Source of the DNA: Azolla caroliniana
Lineage: Eukaryota > Plantae > Polypodiophyta
DNA: 64,000 nt
Direction: 5' to 3'
Assembly: GCA_043228905.1 (NCBI GenBank)
Contig: JBHGNT010000014.1
Location: forward strand, 18,786,001 to 18,850,000
The translations under genes were made by a program, and so were the position numbers. Positions 12,825 through 26,072 of this stretch are shown here, piece after piece (positions within the stretch are counted from its first letter, which is position 1; each line of letters begins with the position of its first letter). The notes under the pieces were generated by a model. That model was given only the letters and a program-made list of their open reading frames with translations, did no database searches and had not been told where the DNA came from.

Positions 12825-15577
12825 CTACAGAAATGGAGGTAGAATGACCCAGCGCCGAGGATACTTTTCACGCCCTTCTTTCCCATCAAACAACTGCAAA
12901 ACAAAATTGCAAATGTAAATGGTGGAAACATAAGATGATAACAAAACAATAAATATGCGACATAAATGATGAAATATATGACAAATAAACACCGAGCAAC
13001 AGAGGACAAGCACTATCATTGTAAATAATGAAACATATGAATGCAGTAGTATATGGAGAAAAAACACATGTTTTAGATGTAAATGATGAAAGGCATGACA
13101 AATTACCATGTTGAGAAAAACTACATGCTGTGAGTGTAAACAATGATCGTATGCAATTCATTCACACTTGTGCACAAAGAAAAGATAATTTATGTCTGTA
13201 AAAGGTCCTCATCACATTAACAGATCGCTCATTATTGACACTAAATATATTTTCAAACACACGCTATTAAGTGTTAATTGTGAAACATGCATAACATGTT
13301 AGTAATTGAGTTAAAACACAATATTACATGTCAAATGATGAAGCAAATGATAAACATTCACATAATAAAGAATGAAGAAAACAAATCATAGACCACATAT
13401 CTGTCAAGTACAAATGTGGTACATTACACAAACAATACACTTATTAATATGATAATGGACATATTCCAAGAAATAATGAAAAATACACAAAGTACAATAA
13501 GCAAAGATGGTGAAATGGATAGAGGAAAGAAAATAACACAAATGTGAATGCTTTACCTTTTTCAATCGACGATGCTTGCCGAGTGCCCAATCAGTCATGA
13601 TGAATGCAGCAACTGCAAGGAAACTGTAGCCAGCAAGGGTTTGTGTGGCAATGTTGTAACCTAACCATTGATAAATCTCTGTCGTGTAGTTAGCACAAGT
13701 AACATAGTTGAAAAGGAAACCCCGAGGTATCTGATAGCCACCCACACCATTGGGAGATCTCAAATTCTTTAGAATGATATGACAATAGAAATTAGCAATC
13801 TGGCAAACAATCCCTATCCCAAACCCAATATACATTTGACGTTCAGATACAGGGGTGTAGTTAGGGTGGTTAGCAAAGTATGCTATAAAGATCGCAAATG
13901 ACCAATAATAGCAGCAATTTCTATACACATTGCTGATGGGAGATGTCGCATGGCTGAATCTGTGAACAAAGAAGGTTTCCAAGATTCTCTTGAAATAGTG
14001 GAAACACCAATATATGGTGCCATATGTTTGAACAGGATGAATCACTCTTTCTTCAGGAAAACCCAAATACTTGTATACCGGCAGGAAGTAGAAGATTGGG
14101 TATATGAGCAAAGGTCCAAGATACTCAAAAAAGAATAGAGTTGAGTACTTGACCTGAGGACCCAAGTCTTTGAAGACTACCTTAGCATCAGAACTTGTAA
14201 AGTAGTCATTCAACTTCTTGTCCCGTGACAAGACAGTCGGTCGAGTCTGACCTTCGACTAATGGTAATGTGAGACGTTGCCTCTCTGGATAGAACTTCTT
14301 AGCTTCAAGGACAAAGCATTCACATCAGTCAAGTATATATGCAAAAACACAAACATAACACATAAATCATTTGAATCATACATGAATATAAAACATATAT
14401 TGGATAATATATATAAATACATATATCATCTGAGCTAAGTATATATTGGACTAGCCATATATAACACAGGTAAAGATGATTCATGTTTAATTTGGTATGT
14501 TGTGTGGTTGGTGCCTTAGATGGTAACCTTATAGCCCTATAATATGACACATGGCAAAGACACATGTGAAAATATGCATCCATAGATGTACCATAACATA
14601 ACGAGATTGCATGGGATCATATAAAGTACAAACAAAACACAAGACACATAGGTGTATCGTTACATGATGTACTTAAATAAATGAATATAACGTATATACC
14701 CAAAAAAACATGCAAGAAGCACAGATATATCATTACATAATGCATTGTAATATAGGGTATATAAAAGGTATACACAAACAAATTCCAGGATTAATGGATG
14801 GATAATTGTATAATGCATTGAGATGAAAACATATAAAAGTGTATATATAATAAAATATAGGAAGCATGGTTTAGGGTTTAGGTTTAACATGGATGGAAGT
14901 GAACAAGCACGTAATGCAATCCAATATCAAAAGTATACACAAAATCCATATATACATCATTACATGTTGCATTAAAAAATGAGCATTTAAAAGAATGCAC
15001 GAATGATGCCGATGGTTATGAATTAATGCGATCAAAATGAGTGATGTATAAATTTATGTACAAGCCAAACAAAAGAAGAATAGATCTATCACTATACAAT
15101 GCAACCAAATTGAAAAGAAGTACAATCGTAGCAAACTAATGCAATCAAAATGAGTGATGTACGAATTTATGTACAAACTAAATGCAACAAGATAGATCTA
15201 TCACTATACAATGCAACCAATTGAAAAGCATTCAGAAATGTGTGCATACAAAACAGAATACACAAGAAGTGTAATCGTAGCAATAGTATAGCTGTATATT
15301 TTTCCAGAGTTTCGAAACACTAACTTTTCTTGTAGATAGCTGCTTGGAGATCTTGCACCGTAGCCTGTAGATTAAAACCCCCAAAGACATCATATAATAA
15401 TACAAAGGAAAATGTAAAAAGAAGAAAAAATTAACACACAAAATTCCTCAAGTAGGTCATACTGATGCAATCTAGAGATGTATATATGGAGAGTGTGAGA
15501 AAACTCACGTTGTCAGGCAGAGTTATACCACCCTTCACTATTTCTCTTCCATTCCGGGAGATCACAGTCACCAACAT
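12825..15577 (-). CDS. ECR: Very-long-chain enoyl-CoA reductase (ECR/CER10/TSC13); exons 15577-15509, 15364-15325, 14302-13557, 12893-12825
   Basis: [17 protein letters not shown]...[13 protein letters not shown]|[13 protein letters not shown]...FKDLGPQV...[21 protein letters not shown]...[11 protein letters not shown]...[22 protein letters not shown]; canonical splice sites. Confidence 0.95.
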
Positions 15578-16414
15578 GATGACTAATTAACCCTTTACAC
15601 ACACAGAACAGAGAGTTTAAATAGAGACACATTTGCTGGTATAACAAACATAAAGAAAAAAGGAGATACACCTACATATATAATATATGTAGCAGCTTGT
15701 TAATATAGATAGACCTTGCTCATCACTTTTCTTCAAAACAGAGTACTTACTATACGAACATTTATAGCTTTGATCCGAGAAAAAAAAAAACAAAAATACA
15801 GAGGACAGACATGGGGGGGGGAGGGGGTAGAGAAGACATACCATACCTTGTTTCTTTCTAGTGTTTTGATGCAGAGGGAGGGAAATTCAGTAGTTATCTT
15901 CTTCTACAATATGTTATTTGAACATATGCATGTATGAATGAAGAATGGAAACAGAGCAGCTTCTTTTTACAAATCCTAATCCAATCTCTAATGATAAAAG
16001 AGGGAGCAGCAGGGACAGGGGAGGGTGGTTGTGTTATTGATGGTGATGAATCAATCATTATGATGAGAGAGAGAGAAAGAGAGAGAGAGAGGGTGGGGGG
16101 GTTTGGTGTGTGCTTTCAATGAGAGCATTTATTTGCCTTCTCTTCCCTTGTCTTGCCTTGCCTTTCTTCAATTCTCTCTCCCACATTATGTTTTGTGACA
16201 ATATATGGTATGTATGTACTATGAATAGACTCACAGAGACAGGGGAAGAGAGAGAGAGAGAGAGACATTGAATAGGCTCATGGGTATTGTTGAACCCCCA
16301 AATGTTGATACACTAATGAAGAGAGGCAAGGGATAGGTGATCTTGAATATACGGTCTACAATGTATGTAATATGTATACAAATGTATACAATGTATATGT
16401 ATAGTGTATGTATG

Positions 16415-16688
16415 CATAGTACGTAAAATTCGTGTTCGTCTAGTATAACATTCGTTTCCTACGTTGGAAAACGAATGCGAATGTTATCCAAACATTCTTG
16501 TGTTTTTTTTTTTCCCCCATTGTTTTAATGTTTTTTTTGTTTTTTTTTTTCATTTTTAGGCTTATCTACCTCATAATAAATAGTTAATCCAAAAGAATGG
16601 TATTTATCATTCTTTGAGGGTATTTTTCTTTCGCGAATGATTGAATGGTTCATACTATGTATGTATGGTACGTATGGTTCATACTATG
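16415..16688. mobile_element. Small MITE-like element (CATAGTA...TACTATG termini); related inverted copy at about 57975-58218
   Basis: Short terminal inverted repeats, TATGTATG on both flanks, and internal aacattcgttt...aaaacgaatgcg shared with the reverse complement of 58130-58218. Confidence 0.55.
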
Positions 16689-16985
16689 TATGTATGTGTG
16701 TATGTGTATGTATATGTGATATGTATGCGTATGTGTATGTGTGTGTCTATATATGTATATATGTATGTGTATATGTGTCTATATATGTGTATGTGTGTAT
16801 ATGTATGTGTGTGTATGGGTGTATACATATATGTATATGTGTATGTGTATGTGTATGTGTATGTATATGTATATGTATGTGTATATGTGTATGTATAGGT
16901 ATAGGTATAGGTATAGGTATAGATGTATCGTGTGTACCGTGTATATGTATATGTATATGTATAACAGTATATGTATATGTATATC
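16689..16985. repeat. Compound (TATG)/(ATGTGT)/(ATAGGT) microsatellite
   Basis: Directly visible; it generates the spurious CVCV/YTYT ORFs. Confidence 0.9.
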
Positions 16986-19194
16986 ATGCATATCATGGGA
17001 AAGCTCACTCAAACTTTGGTCCCCCATTGATTTGTTTGGTAATAGTGTTTTTGCAGCCTGGATGATGCCCACGACTCCTCCAAAACGGCTAGCCCTCCCG
17101 ATCTCGTTCCTCTCCCTACGTCTGTTATATGGCAACTTCACCCACTCATGTTATTTGTATACACCTATCTATTGCTTGCGACACACACGAATGTGTATTG
17201 CGCGAAGCGGTCAGCCTGATCTTCCGAAGCAATATGTTTGTTCTCCACCTGTGAAAGCTTGGTCAGACATTGCAAATTGCCTGTGACTTACAAAATGTGC
17301 ACGAAACGAATACTTTGGACATTGGTTTTCTTGTTGCCATTTGAGTTCCAAGAGAGAGGGGGCGGGGAGTAAAAAAGTGTCCCCTCGAGCTCCTTGAATT
17401 TGTTGGTTGGAAATATTTACATATATGTGAAACGAGATTTGGCCACCCAGAAAAGGTATTGGAGGAAAAAGGGGAAATTTGATTAGAGTAGTGGGGAGGG
17501 AAAGGTGCCCCTTTTCATTAAAAGTTGATCATCTTTTTGGAAGTTGCCCGACTAGTAATATTTGTACATGGAACAAACAATGGTAGAATGGTGCCATTTT
17601 ATTTCAAAAATTCGGAACCTATTATGTGGAAATACTTATGACAAAGTATGTATATAAATTTGACGTGGTAGCTCTAACAATATTTGAGAGAAAGGTTCCC
17701 TTGCTCATTAAAATGTTGATCTACTTTTTTGGTACTTATAACGCTGTTCGTATGAACATGTGGTATTGTCTCATTATCTCTTGCTAGTTCAAGCATGACA
17801 AAAAAAACACGGTGGATTAGTAAAGAAAAAATCATTCATGCACTAGTTCATAAAGAGTTTTTATTTTAATGCAATGAATTCCATAATGAAACCCAAGTGT
17901 TGATCTTGTTATTCACAAATGACATGCACAATGGAACCATTCTACTAACATTTTGGGCACTAATATGTAATGATGTGCTTGTTGTCATGAGCTTTCTCAT
18001 GCATTTCGTTCTCTTGATTGATGCAATGACTCCAAAGCCTCCTATTTACCAAGTACTAGATGTTTGATGAATGAAAATTCAATCATTGAAATTCTCACAT
18101 AGTACAAAACAATTGATTGGATATAATGGAGCTTGATGTCCATGATTAGCTAATCAATATACATATAGTAGTTCTTAGAATGTAATAACAAAAAGGCCAA
18201 AGGACTCCTAATTGTCCTGAACACACATTGTAAACCATAAAAATATAGAAATCTTAAATTATTAGGAATTCTTATTTGTTGCATAAACTTCCATAATTCA
18301 TTCCAAAATCTTATTTGAAACACATTAGAATATAATCACCCAATCAACATAAGGACCCACTTGTTTTCCTCATCTTTGGTGGCTTGCTAACTATAGTCTT
18401 CATGATTAATGTGATGGACACATTTCAAAAACATGATGACACAAGGCACAATATGAATGGAAACAAGCATTAGATGCCCTCTTGCATGGACCTTTTAACA
18501 TGTTTTTAGCAACCCAATCACATTTTATGCATGAAGTCTTGTGAGAACAAACTCTTAGAGTGATTTGATTATTCTAACTATGCAAAAGCTCATGCGCATG
18601 AAATTCTTTGTGTGAGAAAAACTCTTAGCTCCAGTTCACTAATTTGAAGGTTCTAGAATTATGTTGTGCATGGGACTCTCTTAACTAGTTTGCCAAGGGC
18701 TCTCAAATTATTATCTCAAAAGCATGTAAACCATTCAATCTTCACTCGAGAAAAACAATTCATTTTACTTCTCTATTGTGAATGTCTCAAGAGTATGGTG
18801 TTCATGGTGATCATGCTATGGTTACCTCACTTCTCATATACTAATAGGCGTGTGCATGTTATCATTTATCCAACTTACAACAATCCTTTTCAAATAGCAT
18901 ATCAAAAGCTTGTAGTGAAGGGAACTCTTTGCTCGTTTCTCAAATACTAAAAATGCTTGATCTTAACTAATCTAATTTTATGTTATATAATTAATGGTCC
19001 AAGGAGCAACTAAGCATAATGTAGTGTAATTGATGAGATTTGAACTAGATCCCCTTCGGAAACATTCTTTTCCTTACCTCTACAATGCCAGTAACTCTCT
19101 CTCTAATTTGCATGCATACTAAATTAAGTGCCAAAAACTCTAAAACAAAGATTATTCTTGTGAAGAGCAAAAAAAAAGAGGTAAAGCATGCGTT

Positions 19195-19320
19195 ATGTAC
19201 AATAATGTGCCACTTGAATGTGTGGAAAGCTTAAAATATCTTGGCCTTGAAGTTCTTTCAAATCATAAATGGAATGAATATGCTACACTCCGTTTTAAGC
19301 CAAGAAAAAGAACATATATG
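19195..19320 (+). mobile_element. LINE reverse-transcriptase fragment (RTE-like)
   Basis: YNNVPLECVESLKYLGLEV resembles the V..FKYLG motif at the C-terminal end of LINE RTs. Confidence 0.55.
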
Positions 19321-20079
19321 GAGGATCATGCTTCACACATAATATTACACATGTTGCATGTAACTACAAAACCATATTATTTGCAGACGATAATAGAATC
19401 TATCTATGTGTATAAAAACACACAGTTATATTACAACTAAGTGGCATCATCCAACTTAAGAACCTCAATGGTCAATCAAAGCCAAACAATTTGTCTGGGC
19501 TCATTCATACTTGAATGTTGTGATGTAGATTGTGATGCATTAACACACATATAAAAGCAACCCATATTTAACCTTGGGTGGCTCATAGGTAGAGTCTAAT
19601 GAAGTGACCAACATAATGCGATACATTGACCTTATTTTAGGTTAGAAAACTAAGCCATATAGGGTTGTCAAATCTAAAGAATATAACATTATTTTCCTTA
19701 ATGTACTATAGGCCAATGAAAATTCCTTGCCAACCTATAGATCTCTAATTCCTCCTTGGACAACCTCCCAAAAGTTTTCAACAAGGAAATTTGACATACC
19801 CATATGCCTTTTAATTGTTAAATGTATCTTTCAACCCCATATTGAACATAAAAGCCAAAAACATTCCACACCTGCCAAATTCCACACCTGCCAAGTATGC
19901 CATAATCCCCAATACCTTAGATATTGAAAAACTATCTCAAAATGTGGAGAAAGCATTCTCAACTACACATGGCCAAACACCTATTTGAAATAGGGAATTT
20001 GACATTCCAATTATAGAAGCCCACAATACAGATATAAATTTCCAATTGATAAATAGATGTCGGTTATGTTGCTCTAAAA

Positions 20080-20560
20080 TTGTGCAAAACAAACACACTC
20101 CAACAATTAGCCTTAAGGTCTACATTATGGTGTGTTATGAAGAAGAAAGTTAACCCTTCTATGGCTAAAGAATTAGTTAAACCTTTTAATGTTCATGAGG
20201 TGTATGCTCCAATTGAGGCCTTAGGCAAGAATGTATGTTCTAGAAAGGATGGTTTCCCTCCCGAATTTTTTCTATGCTATTGGGATCACATTGGAATCAG
20301 TGTAACAGAAGCGTTACAAAAGGTGTTTACTTTGGGTGACATGCCTTATCAATGGAATGCAGAGTTGATTTTTTTTATTCCTAAATTAGAAGGAGTGGTA
20401 GTTGACATTAAGAAGTAACGCCCGATTACTATTATGAATACTATTTATAATATTTATGCTAAAGTTCTTTCCTTACGTATGGAACCCTTATTGAATGATG
20501 TTATTCATAAATTGCAAATAGGTTTTATGCAAGAAACACTGGATTTTTTGAAACAGGTAA
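20080..20560 (+). mobile_element. LINE (L1/Tx1-like) RT fragment with an internal stop, truncated next to an LTR element
   Basis: KDGFPPEFFLCYWDHIG...IFFIPK...K*RPITIMNTIYNIYAKVLSLRM...IHKLQIGFM corresponds to the PGPDG/RPI.L.N..YK/Q.GF LINE motifs. Confidence 0.8.
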
Positions 20561-20637
20561 TATGTCGCATTTTAAGAACTGTCCATAAAAAAAATGCACA
20601 AAATAGGTCGTTTCACAAAGATGGGTGTTGCATGCGT

Positions 20638-22010
20638 TGTCGTGGAGGATTCCGGCCACTAGGAGGAAAGTTTGTAAGATGCGTGAGAACAAGGGTGTGC
20701 ATGTATGCACATGAACTAGGTCTTATGTACAAACAATTGTGAATAACGTAGTATTAATATGTACAAGATAAGATATCTTTTATTAGTACTTAAAGGCATC
20801 GAAAGGAGGGGAGGAATAATAGGACGTGATCGGAGGAATTTGGGGGGAATCATGAGAGCGGATGTCATAACTACTGATGTAACCGACACTCCTTCAGATA
20901 TAAAACGAGGAAAGGAAAACTGTTTTAGGGCATGAGTCGTTTTTGGGGAGGGGAAGGTGTTGTCGAATTGTGTTGTCGAGTGCTAGGTTTCATGTTTTGC
21001 TGATTCGGTTAGGGGTGTGAGGCCTCTGCTCGCGTAGGTAGCCTGTGTGCTCCCGATCGGAGGTTCACTAGCGTGTGTGTATGTGTGTGTCTTGAGATCG
21101 AAGCTCTGTTTCTGGCCCAGGGCCAACATTGTATTCTTTCTCAGTATTTAATTGATTTCCTAGCATTGTTGTATCCGAGCGCTCTGTTTGTGGTCCCTGC
21201 TTGGTCTTTGCTTTGTGACAATATTCATGCAACCCTTGTCCGTGGTGTCTAGGGAGGTGTCGTTCTTCTCTCCTCTGTTCTGCACTTGTGTTTGAGAGCC
21301 GTATGCTCACCTTCCGGAATCCGTTGACAAAGCCGGATCAGATACGGTTCTATGAGCCCTTGTGCTCACCAAACGAACTCTAGTAACCAGGCCGGATCGG
21401 TCGTTGCAAACCTCAACCGCCACTCATTCTTAAGCCCCTTGGTTTGAGACCTCGGTGGTCCCGCTTGAGCCGACCCACAAACCACGGATTTCCGCGACAT
21501 CTTTGGTGAACTCGGCATAAAAAAGGCGGCATGGGAGTTAACAATGAGGGGAGGCGAGCTCACAGAAGTTATGGCGGCAGCCGTTGACCACATGGTAAAT
21601 GCTCGAGAGAGCTCCACAGGCGTCGATAGGGCCCTCGAAACGATAGTCGACACAACGGGTTGATTTAATGGGAGAGACATTGCAAATTACCTAAAGGCTT
21701 ATAAGGTGGAGATGTTGATGTAGGATATTCCAAGAGACATGCGGTTGTCTGGATTTGCCTGAGCTGTCACGCTGAGCATCCACATTGAGGTGCTCGAGAT
21801 ACATGTTGATTGTCGTAGCTTGTCAGAACTTGAGGAGTGACTCTTCGAAAGGTACAGCTTCAACGACTTGCTCCGGTTGTCGAAGAAGGAGCTCATGGAG
21901 TGGGTCGAGCTCTCGGGGAAAGGAAGGAACACGATGACGCTTCTCCAAGAGTTTGAGAGGTGATTCGCGTGACTACCGGCACTAGACTGGACCGTGCTTG
22001 ACACGAGCAA
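20638..22010 (+). mobile_element. Truncated Ty3/gypsy-like LTR retrotransposon: 5' LTR about 20638-21220 and a decayed gag at 21544-22010
   Basis: TGTCGTG...TGTGACA termini; related LTR starts at 23144 and on the minus strand ending at about 22431. Gag-like *FNGRDIANYLKAYKVEML with many in-frame stops. Confidence 0.7.
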
Positions 22011-22249
22011 GGACTAAGGTTCTTCTATTTTGTTGAGAATCGAACTCAACTTCTCCAATAAAATGGCTCTCACACTAGCCAATGGACATGCTAGGCTAGT
22101 TTTGTAAATAGTTGAAAGGGCATTTGCCCTAGACTAGTTGGTATTTAAACCAACCTTTTGTAACTTAGTTACTGTTGGATGTAATCATATTTTTCACTAA
22201 TACAACTTCTTGTTCTAGTTTGTCTGTTTGTCTCTCTCTCTCTCTCTCT

Positions 22250-22431
22250 TTGCGCGTCTTACGTACTCACACACGGTTCACTTCCGTTGCACAACATCAC
22301 CTTCATTACTCGTTACTCTACCTATATTTACATTTCTTTGCACATTAGTCCCTATTCATGTGCCTACTTGCACACACCCGTTCTAACGCTTTCAACTAAG
22401 TTTCTCCTTGTGGCTGGAATTCCCCATGACA
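22250..22431 (-). mobile_element. Partial LTR of the same family in inverted orientation
   Basis: Reverse complement begins tgtcatgggga.ttccagccacaaggagaaactt and aligns with 20638-20760. Confidence 0.6.
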
Positions 22432-23143
22432 TCCATCCCCACCAAACTGCACATCCTTCGGCATGTGCCGAGTGGTGAAGTTGTGGGGAGTCCGACCACT
22501 TTCATTCATCCTCTCCCGATCCATTTGTTCCTTGACAATGGATGATCTTCAACCTAAACTCTTAGAGTTGGCCACATATATTCTCGGGTACTACTTTGAG
22601 TAACCTTACCGTAACCACATTTCTTCGCTCAAAGAAAGTGTACTGTAAGAAAATAGACGATCTCACTACATGCTCAATTCATCTACTTATCGACAAAGCA
22701 TTATCTTCAACATAAACTCTTCGTGCAGTCTTGCATATTCAATTGACAAGTCAAGAATGTGAACGCTCCCTTAATTCTACTTGAAAACATGGCATTCCCT
22801 CATCCATCTCAACTGCTTTCATACATAGAAAGCAAACTAACTACACTTCATTATCAATGATTGGATTGAAGCATGAGATTTACACTTGGTTGCTAAAGTT
22901 GATCATTGTGTGTTTGTTCACAATATCTAGACACCACGTTGCCACATTCATTCAATGTTGCAACAGTCATAACCTAACTCTTATATAAACGGGATTAAGT
23001 TGTTGAGTTTGGCTTATGTCGTACAATTCATGGTGGAAAGCTTATATATTAAGGGTGAATGGAAAGTTCAACCATTTAACAAATACTTGAAAAGGAATTA
23101 ACCTACATTTCAATATACTAATAGTAGTTTTGTCCCAGACCGG

Positions 23144-23849
23144 TGTCGTGAAGATTTCCGGCTACGGTGAGAAAACCGTGAGGGACAAATAAATGGGGAT
23201 GTGCAACATTGCACATGCACTTGTAAATTTGTATGATGAGAATAAGATAACAAAATGTAAAGGAGAAGGGTAATAATCTAAGGTGCTAAAGGTGCACCAC
23301 GAAGTTCGTAGAGGCATAAATGTGATATGCACTTTGTAGAGTAGAATGAGTAGTGGGCATTGAGAGTGAATGTGATAGGAGAGAGAGAGAGAGAGAGAGT
23401 TAAGGCCCACCGATTTAAGATCAAGGGAGATATTCCCCATTAAAGGAAAGGGGATTTGACTCTTTCTTGTAATGTGCACACCCCTTACTACTATAAAAGG
23501 GAGTGAGGGGTCACTTGTGAAGGGGTTGCCTATTTTGAGTGAGAAAAGGTATACCACTTAGGTCGAGGGTTTCTATTCGGTTTAGGGTTTCTTCATTTCT
23601 TTCTTTACTTATCCAATTAGGGTTTACATTCTACTTATGTTTTGAGTCCGGCCCACGCGGTCGCGGTTGTAATTGTATTGAGGCTTTCATGCCCATAATA
23701 TACATAACTTCTTAGATCTTGTCTCTTTCTACTTTCTCTACCATGTTAATCTCTTCCCCTCTGCTCATACCCATCTTCCCATCTACTCCCTAGTCCAATA
23801 CCCCCGTGGTCCCACCTTATTCTACACGCACGCGCGGAAAAACGCGACA
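23144..23849 (+). mobile_element. Solo LTR (about 706 bp) with CCGG target-site duplication
   Basis: TGTCGTG...CGCGACA inverted termini, CCGG on both sides, internal TATAAAA, and 5' similarity to the LTR at 20638. Confidence 0.75.
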
Positions 23850-23989
23850 CCGGTTCACAAACCGGTTTAGGGATCCGTCTGGTTTGGTTTAGTTCAAGTT
23901 TGAGAACCCCAAAACGGTTTAGGCTTAATTAGTTTGGCTTGGATAAGGCCAAACCGGTTAAGCCTAAACCGAAACTTTGTTGATCCCTA
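23850..23989. mobile_element. Right half of an AACCG-rich MITE (family also at 45224-45513 and 49393-49644)
   Basis: Repeated aaccg/cggtt subterminal motifs ending in ttgttgatcccta. Confidence 0.6.
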
Positions 23990-25059
23990 ATGATCACTTG
24001 GCATTCATGCAAGCATGACATTTGGTGATCATGTATTACCGTGTGTGTGGTGGCAATATCTCATAATATTATGTATATAACCAAGATTACTTATGACAAG
24101 CTATAATAATATGTAAAATTAATAACTTCTTGGCTAAATTTTACATATATATAATAGGTTCAAATCCCCTTGTGACCTTTTCATGATATATATATATATA
24201 TATGGTATTTTGTATAGATGTTCATGACACTATCCCCTTCCTTTGATAACGAGTTCCACGAGTCATAGTTCATGATTTGGAACTTGGCTTATGAGAATAT
24301 CAATGATGGAATTCAGTAAGATTCTCAATTAGCTCTCAAGTTTGATCACAAGGTGTATAACCTAACCAATCAACTAAGTAATATAATTTGTTGTGCATAG
24401 CCTAATCATTCACCTTGTATCCTCGACAGTCAAGGAGCTCAATAAGAGTTGGAGGAGGAACTACACGATCTATAATAGAGTGTGAATCATAAGTTTCTAG
24501 AAGTGATACATGGAACACTCTATGAAGATGTGTATGAAGAGGGAGATTGAGATGAAAAACAATGTTCTAGATTTGGTTGATGACCACATATGGACAAGAT
24601 GTTGATAATCTAACTTGTTGCAAGGTCAAATGGTCTTCATGTTACTTCATAAGAGCCCTATATAATCCACAACTCATGCTCAATTTCGAACTTGAAACAT
24701 ATGTCCTTCGAGTCATGGGTCAAGATGATAATGATATGCAAATTTCTTACATTGTGGCTTGCACATCATGTAAATCGGTGAGAAAGAGTAGTGCGAACCT
24801 CTTAGAGTTGAAGTAGATGGCTTTCAACAAAAAGTTTTTTTCCGAGATTTCTGAATGTTCAAGCATTGTCCAATCGGGATGGCAAAAATGAGAGTATACC
24901 TGAATTACAAGACAACGAAGATAGTACGACATCAAATGTCCACTTATACATTTTTACCATTTTTAGTTTTTGTTATGTTGATGGATGTTGATGAACCTTC
25001 ATGTGATATGGAAGCTACACTAGTTGGTAAATGTGAATAAGATATTATTCTTAATCATC

Positions 25060-25890
25060 GTAATTAGGATTTAGTTCCGTGGCTACAGAACAATAAAGGA
25101 TTGCAATGGAAATGGATATATAAGTTGAAGCTCACATCTCATAGTGCTTCTTCAAAGTATAAAGCATGACCGGTTGCAAAGGGATTCAATCAACAACATG
25201 CTGTTGATTTTGGGGAAATGTTTTCTTGTGTAGTTAAGATGGCTACATTATTTATATTGCTTGCATTGGTTACAAAAGAGGACTATATTGGTCCAAATGG
25301 ATGTGAAAACTGCTTTCTTGCATACGGAACAATCAAAGGGTTATGTTGTCCCTAGTAAAGAGCATTTGGTATGTATGCTCAAGAAGAGCTTGTATAGACT
25401 TAAACAATAACCTCAACAAACAGTATAAGAAAATTGAATGTTTTGCAAAATTCTAAGGTTATTGTAGAAGAAAAGTAAATTGATGTCTTTACACTAAGAG
25501 ATGTTTAGATGGCAACTTATGTTTGATACTGAGAGCTTGTATAGACTTAAACAATCACCTCGAAAAACGATATAAGAAAATTGAATGTTTTGCAAAAACC
25601 TAAGGTTATTGTAGAAGAAAAGTAAATCAATGACTTTACACTAAGAGATGTTTAGATGGCAACTTATATGTTTGATACTCGATGTTGATGATATACGTAG
25701 TTCTAGGAAATCTAAGAATGAGTTCTCACTCTTGCAAGAAAGAAGAGTCAATTTGGAATGAAAGATTTCAGAGACACAAAACATATGTTCAGCATGCATA
25801 TTACTCATGATAGGAGAAAAAGATGCAATTACTTGTTTCAAAGTGAGTACATAGCCAAAGTAACCTGTAGGTTTGATTTAGAAGGACCAA
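25060..25890 (+). mobile_element. Decayed Ty1/copia reverse-transcriptase remnant with an internal tandem duplication (about 25387-25680)
   Basis: KWIYKLK...KYKA*PVAKGFNQQHAVDFGEMFSCVVKMAT...QMDVKTAFLH...LKKSLY.LKQ...MKDF copia RT motifs with frameshifts. Confidence 0.85.
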
Positions 25891-26030
25891 AGACTATTTT
25901 ATTTTATTTTATCCAAAAAGAAGCTACTTTCCCATTAGTTAGGAACCAAAGACAATATTGTTCATGCATATTGTTATATCATCAACCTACAATAACAAGG
26001 CTATGGAAGGGTGAGGTGACTAGACTTCTT

Positions 26031-26072
<42 letters not shown>

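Noticed and set aside
4847-15577. TGD4 and ECR adjacent as a lipid gene cluster
   Set aside because: They act in different pathways and are convergent, with no shared regulatory evidence; the adjacency is probably coincidental.
16637-17286. Several 85-181 aa ORFs rich in CVCV/YTYT/MYMC
   Set aside because: Translations of a TATG/ATGTGT microsatellite; no coding signature. The same applies to 32106-32809 and 58186-58475.
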